This document shows positions 58,759 through 64,000 of a stretch of DNA of 64,000 nucleotides, piece after piece. How positions within the stretch are numbered: the stretch's first letter is position 1; each line of letters begins with the position of its first letter. Both the position numbers and the translations under genes were made by a program. The notes under the pieces were generated by a model that was not told the DNA's origin, made no database searches, and was given only the letters and a program-made list of their open reading frames with translations. This DNA is from an uncultured Thermoleophilia bacterium (GTDB lineage: Bacteria > Actinomycetota > Thermoleophilia > UBA2241): the NCBI GenBank assembly GCA_963702475.1, contig CAVPCT010000001.1:192001-256000 (forward strand). The letters are read 5' to 3'.

Positions 58759-60398
58759 TGGGCGCCGCCAACAACGCCATCGTCGTGATCCTGCCCGGCG
58801 TCGTCCTGGCCGTGGCCGCCGCCCTGGTGCTGGTCGTCGACCTCTTCACGGAGCGCAAGGGCATGCTCGCGTGGCTCGCGGCCGGCGGTTTCGTCGCGAC
58901 GGCGGCCGTGGCCGTGGGGCAGTGGATCCGCTTCACCGACGGTCGCCTGCTGTTCAACGCACGCAAGCCCGAGACCGGGTTCGCCGGCATGGTGTCCCTG
59001 GACAAGTACGCGCTGTTCTGCGTGGTGCTGTTCTGCGCCATCGGCGTGGCCACCGTCATGCTGTCGGACTCGTATCTGGCGCGTCGCCGCGCCGCACGCG
59101 GCGAGTTCTACGTGCTGCTCATGCTCATCGTCACCGGCATGATCGGCATGGTCGTCAGCACCGACATCATCGCCTTCTTCGTGTCGTTCGAGCTCATGTC
59201 GCTGCCCACGTACGTGCTCGCCGGCTACCTGTGGCGCGACGTACGCTCGGGCGAAGCCTCCATCAAGTACTTCGTCACCGGCGCCTTCTCGTCGGCCATC
59301 CTGGCCTTCGGCCTGGCCCTGTTGTACGGCGCCACCGGGCAGACCAGCTACGCCGGCATCGCGCAGGGACTGGCCGCCATCGACGCGCGCGGGCTGGACG
59401 CCCGCGGCTTCCTCGTGGTCGCCTTCGTGCTCGTGGTCACCGGCTTCGGCTTCAAGATCTCGGCCGTGCCGTTCCACAGCTGGGCGCCAGACGTGTACGA
59501 GGGGGCGCCCACGCCGGTCACCGCCTTCATGTCCACCGGCGTCAAGGCCGCCGCCTTCGCCGGCTTCGCCAAGCTGTTCGTGCTCGCCGCCGCCGTGCAG
59601 TGGCAGCTGTGGGTGCACACCATGACCATCCTCGCGATCCTCACCATGGTCGTGGGGAACGTGCTCGCTCTGCCGCAGCGCAACATCAAGCGCATGCTCG
59701 CCTACTCCAGCGTCGCCCACGCGGGGTACCTCACCCTGGGCCTCATCGCGGCCGGTACGGCGGGCGTCTGGGACGGTGTCACCGCCATCCTGTTCTACCT
59801 GGTCACGTACGCGCTGATGAACCTGGGCGCCTTCGGCGCGCTCGTCTGGATCCGTAACAAGCGCGCCTTCGACTACTCGCTGGACGGCATCGCCGGCCTG
59901 GGACGCACGATGCCGTGGCCGGCGATGATGCTGGCCGTGCTCATGGTCTCACTCACGGGCATCCCGCCGACGGCCGGCTTCTGGGGCAAGTTCTACCTGT
60001 TCACCGCCGTCATCCGGGCCGACCTCACGTGGCTGGCGATCATCGCCGTCGTCATGAGCGCCGTGTCCGCCTACTACTACCTGCGGGTGGTGTGGTTCAT
60101 GTACTTCCGTGAGGCGAACGAGCCGGCCGCCGCAGGCGACGTCTCCCCGGCGGCCGTGGGCGCTCCGAGCGCGGTCGCCGTCCCGGGCGCCGTCTTCGCC
60201 TCCGCTGCCGGCGGGGCAGCCTCGGCATCGGGCACGTCGGGCGCTCCCGTCGAGCCGCCCGCGCAGCGCCAGCCCGGTCAGGCGGGCGTGGTGTGGGCTG
60301 TGAGCCTGTGCGTCTTCGGCGTGATCGCCGTCGGCCTGTTCCCCGGGCCGCTGCTGCGGTTCGCGGAGGGCGCGCTGCGGGTGGTCCTCGGCGGGTGA
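58758..60398 (+). CDS. nuoN: Complex I subunit N
   Basis: EASIKYF, KISAVPFHSWAPDVYEGAP, GIPPTAGFWGK. Confidence 0.96.
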   Translation: MGAANNAIVVILPGVVLAVAAALVLVVDLFTERKGMLAWLAAGGFVATAAVAVGQWIRFTDGRLLFNARKPETGFAGMVSLDKYALFCVVLFCAIGVATVMLSDSYLARRRAARGEFYVLLMLIVTGMIGMVVSTDIIAFFVSFELMSLPTYVLAGYLWRDVRSGEASIKYFVTGAFSSAILAFGLALLYGATGQTSYAGIAQGLAAIDARGLDARGFLVVAFVLVVTGFGFKISAVPFHSWAPDVYEGAPTPVTAFMSTGVKAAAFAGFAKLFVLAAAVQWQLWVHTMTILAILTMVVGNVLALPQRNIKRMLAYSSVAHAGYLTLGLIAAGTAGVWDGVTAILFYLVTYALMNLGAFGALVWIRNKRAFDYSLDGIAGLGRTMPWPAMMLAVLMVSLTGIPPTAGFWGKFYLFTAVIRADLTWLAIIAVVMSAVSAYYYLRVVWFMYFREANEPAAAGDVSPAAVGAPSAVAVPGAVFASAAGGAASASGTSGAPVEPPAQRQPGQAGVVWAVSLCVFGVIAVGLFPGPLLRFAEGALRVVLGG

Positions 60399-60456
60399 CC
60401 GCCCGCCGCGCCCGGCCCCGGTGCGGGCGTGCAGTGCGGCACCCGTGCGCGGCGCC

Positions 60457-60678
60457 TCAGCCTGAGTCACCGTCAGGCAGTTCGCGAGGCAACGAGCAGA
60501 CCGCGCAGTGCTTCTCCATGTCGCTGCGCCCGTCCCCGAGCTCCAGACGTATGCCGTGGAACGGGTGCCGGCAGTACCACGTCACGGTGACGCTCAGCGG
60601 CGCCGCTTCCCTGACGTCGAGGGTCTCCCGGATGGCCGTCGTCTCGCAGACGAGGTAGGGGCAACGTGGCTTCGTCAT
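60457..60678 (-). CDS. Small Cys/His-rich hypothetical protein
   Basis: CPYLVC...WYCRHPFHG...HCAVC. Confidence 0.55.
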   Translation of the reverse strand: MTKPRCPYLVCETTAIRETLDVREAAPLSVTVTWYCRHPFHGIRLELGDGRSDMEKHCAVCSLPRELPDGDSG

Positions 60679-60867
60679 CGCAAGGGCCATTATCGCTCAG
60701 CCGACGCAGCCTTGCGCTCACGCCTCATCCGCCGTGCTCCGCGCAGGCGCGGTCCACGGTCCGGGCGAGCGGCCTCGGCCTGCGTAGCCTGCGGGAGGCG
60801 ACGCAGAAGCGCGTGTCAACACCAGTCCACGAACTCGGAGCTGATCGATCTCGCCAACCGCGATCAG

Positions 60868-61659
60868 ATGCTTTGGACTGACCCTGCAGTGCGCGATTGG
60901 GCGCTCAGAACCGCGTCAGCGCTGCTGCGGGAAACGAAGGCCGAGGCCGTCAGGTCAAGAGCCCGAGCCGCAGCTGCCGCTTTGGCATCAGGGACCGGGA
61001 TACACGCATCCAGCACGCGTGCACCGGCAAGGCCGTCGGGCCCCACGGTGCGGGAATCGCGCGAGCGCGTACCCGCCCCAGTGAGTGCACTGTCTGCCCT
61101 CGCACCACCGAGGGCCGCAGGCACAGGCCTCAGGCCGAGCGCCACTCTTGACGAAGTCGCGGCACCGCTCGAACAGCACGTTGGCACTCGCGTCGAGCCC
61201 CACGACGGCGCCAGTTTCCCCACTGTTCGGCACGCATGGACTTGGGCGATCGTGGCGGCGCTGTGTGTGACCTTCGTGTTGCTGGGCACCACATACCAGA
61301 CAGGAATCCGGCAGCAACTGGCTATCGCGTTTTCCAGCGCGCCCACGGCCTACAGCGAGTTCTACTTCACTAATCCGCCAACTCTCCCGGTGTACTTGAA
61401 CGTATCCAGACCCGATGCATTCAGCTTCACCATCGTGAACCACGAAGGGCGTGCCCGTACCTACTCCTACGTCGTAACGCTCACTTCCTCGCGGGGCGAA
61501 TCCACTGTGGGCAGCGGGACGATCGGCGTAGAGAACGGGGAAGCCGCCACCAGATTGGTGGAGGTTGGCCCTGTGGAACGTGGCCGTGCGTATACAGTCA
61601 CGGTGAAGCTTCTCGGTCGCTCAGAGACAATCCATTTCACTGCGTTCGCGAGACCGTGA
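60868..61659 (+). CDS. Membrane-anchored protein with a DUF1616-like C-terminal domain (start uncertain)
   Basis: TM helix followed by YSEFYF...FTIVNHEG...YSY; visibly lower GC than the flanking DNA. Confidence 0.5.
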   Translation: MLWTDPAVRDWALRTASALLRETKAEAVRSRARAAAAALASGTGIHASSTRAPARPSGPTVRESRERVPAPVSALSALAPPRAAGTGLRPSATLDEVAAPLEQHVGTRVEPHDGASFPTVRHAWTWAIVAALCVTFVLLGTTYQTGIRQQLAIAFSSAPTAYSEFYFTNPPTLPVYLNVSRPDAFSFTIVNHEGRARTYSYVVTLTSSRGESTVGSGTIGVENGEAATRLVEVGPVERGRAYTVTVKLLGRSETIHFTAFARP

Positions 61660-61834
61660 GGATTGTGCAGCAAGACTGGCGGCCTAGTTGCATCAGCGGA
61701 TGCCCCTCCATCGGTTCGGAGCTGAATGGGCCCAGGAGGCCGCGGGCGCGCTGGTACCTCGGGGCAAGAGTGGGGCGCAGACGGGGCGACCAGAGTCGGA
61801 CGGGCATCAAGCGCACTGCAGTCGAGTCGACTCG

Positions 61835-62104
61835 GTGCCGCGGCCGCGCTCGCCCTACGGGGTCACCGAGTTGGCCGGCGAGCACCTCCGCGGGCTCTAC
61901 CACGCCAACCCTGGGCTCGACACGGTGTCGCTGCGCTTCTTCACCGTGTATGGCCCGCGCCAGCGGCCTGACATGGCCTTCCACAAGTTCATAAAGGCCA
62001 TGCTCGAGGGCCGCGAGATGGTGATCTACGGCGACGCCGCCCTCATCGCCGTGGAGGGCGGCCGCGCGGCGGCGATCGAGGCGCTCGAGGTCGTTCTCGA
62101 CTGA
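61835..62104 (+). pseudogene. Fragment of an NAD-dependent (UDP-glucuronate-type) epimerase
   Basis: Only PRSPYGVTE...LRFFTVYGPRQRPDMAFHKF...IYGD remains; no Rossmann N-terminus; the YxxxK Lys is Glu. Confidence 0.75.
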
Positions 62105-62189
62105 GGCGGGGGGCATGCCCCGCAACACTTGCGACGTCTCCCCAGCGGGTATGACGTCGGCCTGCGCCGCTGGCGCTCGAGGTCGTTCT
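62080..62189 (+). repeat. 18-bp direct repeat GGCGCTCGAGGTCGTTCT
   Basis: Exact copies at 62080-62097 and 62172-62189. Confidence 0.7.
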
Positions 62190-62257
62190 GAAGCTCCACC
62201 CGACCAGTGGACGTCGTCGGCCTGTGCCGCCGCAGGCGGGAGCGCTGCGCAGCCGTA

Positions 62258-63874
62258 TCAGGCTCCCTGACGCCGGCCGTACCCTTGGCGGTAGTAGTGC
62301 GCCGAGTCTCGGCGCTCGCCGACGACGACGACCCCCAGCTTGCGGCAGGGCAGCGCGTCGAGGGCCTCGCGCCCTTCCTCGAGAGTCGTGCGTCGAGTCT
62401 TGTCTAGATTGGCCACGAAGAGGAGACCGTCGACGACGGGGGCGAGCGCTCCCGTGTCGCCGACACCGAGAACTGGAGGCGCGTCGACGAGGACGTAGTC
62501 TGCCCCGGACTTGGCCAGCCGTCTCAGCGTCTCCGCCAGCCTTCTCGAAGCGATGACCTCCCCGGGATTGGGTGGCAGCGGCCCCGACGTGAGGACTCGC
62601 AAAGCGCCGTTCTCGAATGCCGGCGGCGCGACGGGGGCTGACGAGGACGCCGGGTGCCGCTACGCCATCGGAGCCGTTGGACTTCTCCAAATCGAAAGGC
62701 CGTACTGCCGTGGCCAGCGACAGGGTCCCCTGGATGACCGTCGTCAGCCCCGTCTCGTTCGGCATCGAGAAGGCCTTGTGCACCTGCGGGTCACGCAGGT
62801 CGGCGTCGACGACGACGACCTTCTTGCCGGCAAGCGCAAGCGTGACGGCGAGGTTGCACAGGGTGAGCGTCTTTCCCTCGCCCTTCAGGCTGCTGGTGAT
62901 CAGCAGGGACTTCCAGCCGTCATCGATGCTCTTCCAGTCGAGGTTGCTGCGCAGGACGCGCACCGCCTCTGCGACACTCCCCCCCGGATCGGTCAGGGTG
63001 ACGAGAGTCTCATCGCGCAGCAGGCGCCGCCCCAGGTGAGGCACGCGGCCGACCACGGAGAGGCCGAGGATCTCACCGGCCTGAGTGTGCGTCCTGACTC
63101 GCGTGTCGAACTGGCCGACGACGAAAGCCAGGACGATGCCGGCGAAGAGACCCACGCCGAAGCCCACGGCGGCCGACTGGATGGGTTTCGGCGAGATGGG
63201 GGAAGTCGGGGGCGTGGCCGGCTGGATGATCGTGAAGTCCCCGGTCGACGTGGCCTCCGCGATCTTGAGGTCCTGCAGGCGCTGGGCGAGCAGCAGGTAG
63301 TCGGTGGAGAGCCGTGAGGCCGCCGTCGTATAGGCGCTCATCTGCGACTCGACGGCGCTCCTGGCCTTGGCAAGCTGCGCCAGTTCGTCCTGAGCACGCA
63401 GGTCGATGATGGCCTGCGCGTAGGCGTTGGCCGCGGCTGCGGAGACGGCGGGCTGGGCGCTCGTGGCGGTCACACTCGACGACGTCCGACACCGTACTGC
63501 CGGTAGACGCGTCCGGCGGCAGGATGGTCGCGGTCACGGTGTAGCCACGTGCGCCGGGCTCGGCTTGCGCGAGCAGCTCGCCCGCCTGGCTGCTCACCGC
63601 CGGGCTGTTGATCGTGTTCACGACGCTCTGGACCTGCAGGCTGAGTCCCGTAGGCGTCGGTCGACGTGCCGGTACCGAGGGGGTTGGCGATGTTGGCAGG
63701 CTGCCGGTACATGATCAAGGCGGTCGCCTCGTAGATGCGCGTCTTGCTGTCGGCCACGAGGTAGGCCGTCACCGTGCAGGCGACGACGAGAATGACCACC
63801 AGCCACTTGCGCAGCCAGATGACGTTGAAGTAGTCGCGCAGCGTCACGGACGAGGCAGTGTCAGGCTGGGCCAA
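62258..63874 (-). CDS. Polysaccharide co-polymerase/tyrosine autokinase (Wzz-CpsD/Wzc-like), three +1 frameshifts
   Basis: LRDYFNVIW, PISPKP, GEGKT, VVDADLRDP, LTSGPLPPNP, VDAPP and C-terminal tyrosines; split over four track ORFs. Confidence 0.85.
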
Positions 63875-64000
63875 GAGCGCGCTCCGATGGTCACGTTGTG
63901 CTCGGGGTCATCCTATCAACTCCGCACGTGGCCGGGCCCATTCGTGCTCCTGGAGGCCCAGCACGCCAGCGCTTCGGCCACGCGCTCGCCGGTCCTGCCG

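Noticed and set aside
60420-60459. Possible Sec read-through (GGC-TGA-GGC) at the end of the small Cys-rich ORF
   Set aside because: The downstream hairpin is weak and too close to the UGA, and there is no family precedent.
62080-62230. Repeats as a possible CRISPR array
   Set aside because: Only two 18-bp copies plus a degenerate pair; no regular spacers or cas genes.

Overview
High-GC (roughly 70%) bacterial chromosomal segment, most likely an Actinomycetota (inference from GC content, leaderless-type promoters and gene content). The gene content points to an anaerobic or facultative lifestyle: iorAB-paaK, a non-pyrrolysine MttB and a bifurcating-type NuoF. About 60 CDSs are present. No rRNA, tRNA, CRISPR array or transposase was recognised. 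The main feature is a complete nuoA-N complex I operon (45452-60398) with an unusual input module. nuoI is not a standalone gene: its N-terminal half is fused to NuoE, and its C-terminal half is fused to the end of a NuoG-like protein that carries an inserted GltD/NfnB-type NADPH-FAD domain. NuoF has the HydB/BfuB electron-bifurcating architecture. An StnABC/NfnABC-like transhydrogenase module therefore appears to be inserted inside nuoI. Other notable observations are a probable FmdB-family selenoprotein (UGA plus SECIS-like hairpin), two small ERR/DRR-repeat proteins (one missing from the ORF track), several apparently catalytically dead enzymes (CobB, rhomboid, UDG, GGDEF), and the edge of a polysaccharide island at the right end. 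Seven +1 frameshifts in nuoD, nuoH, nuoG and wzc look like sequencing indels. All family assignments come from motif recognition by eye, not from database searches.
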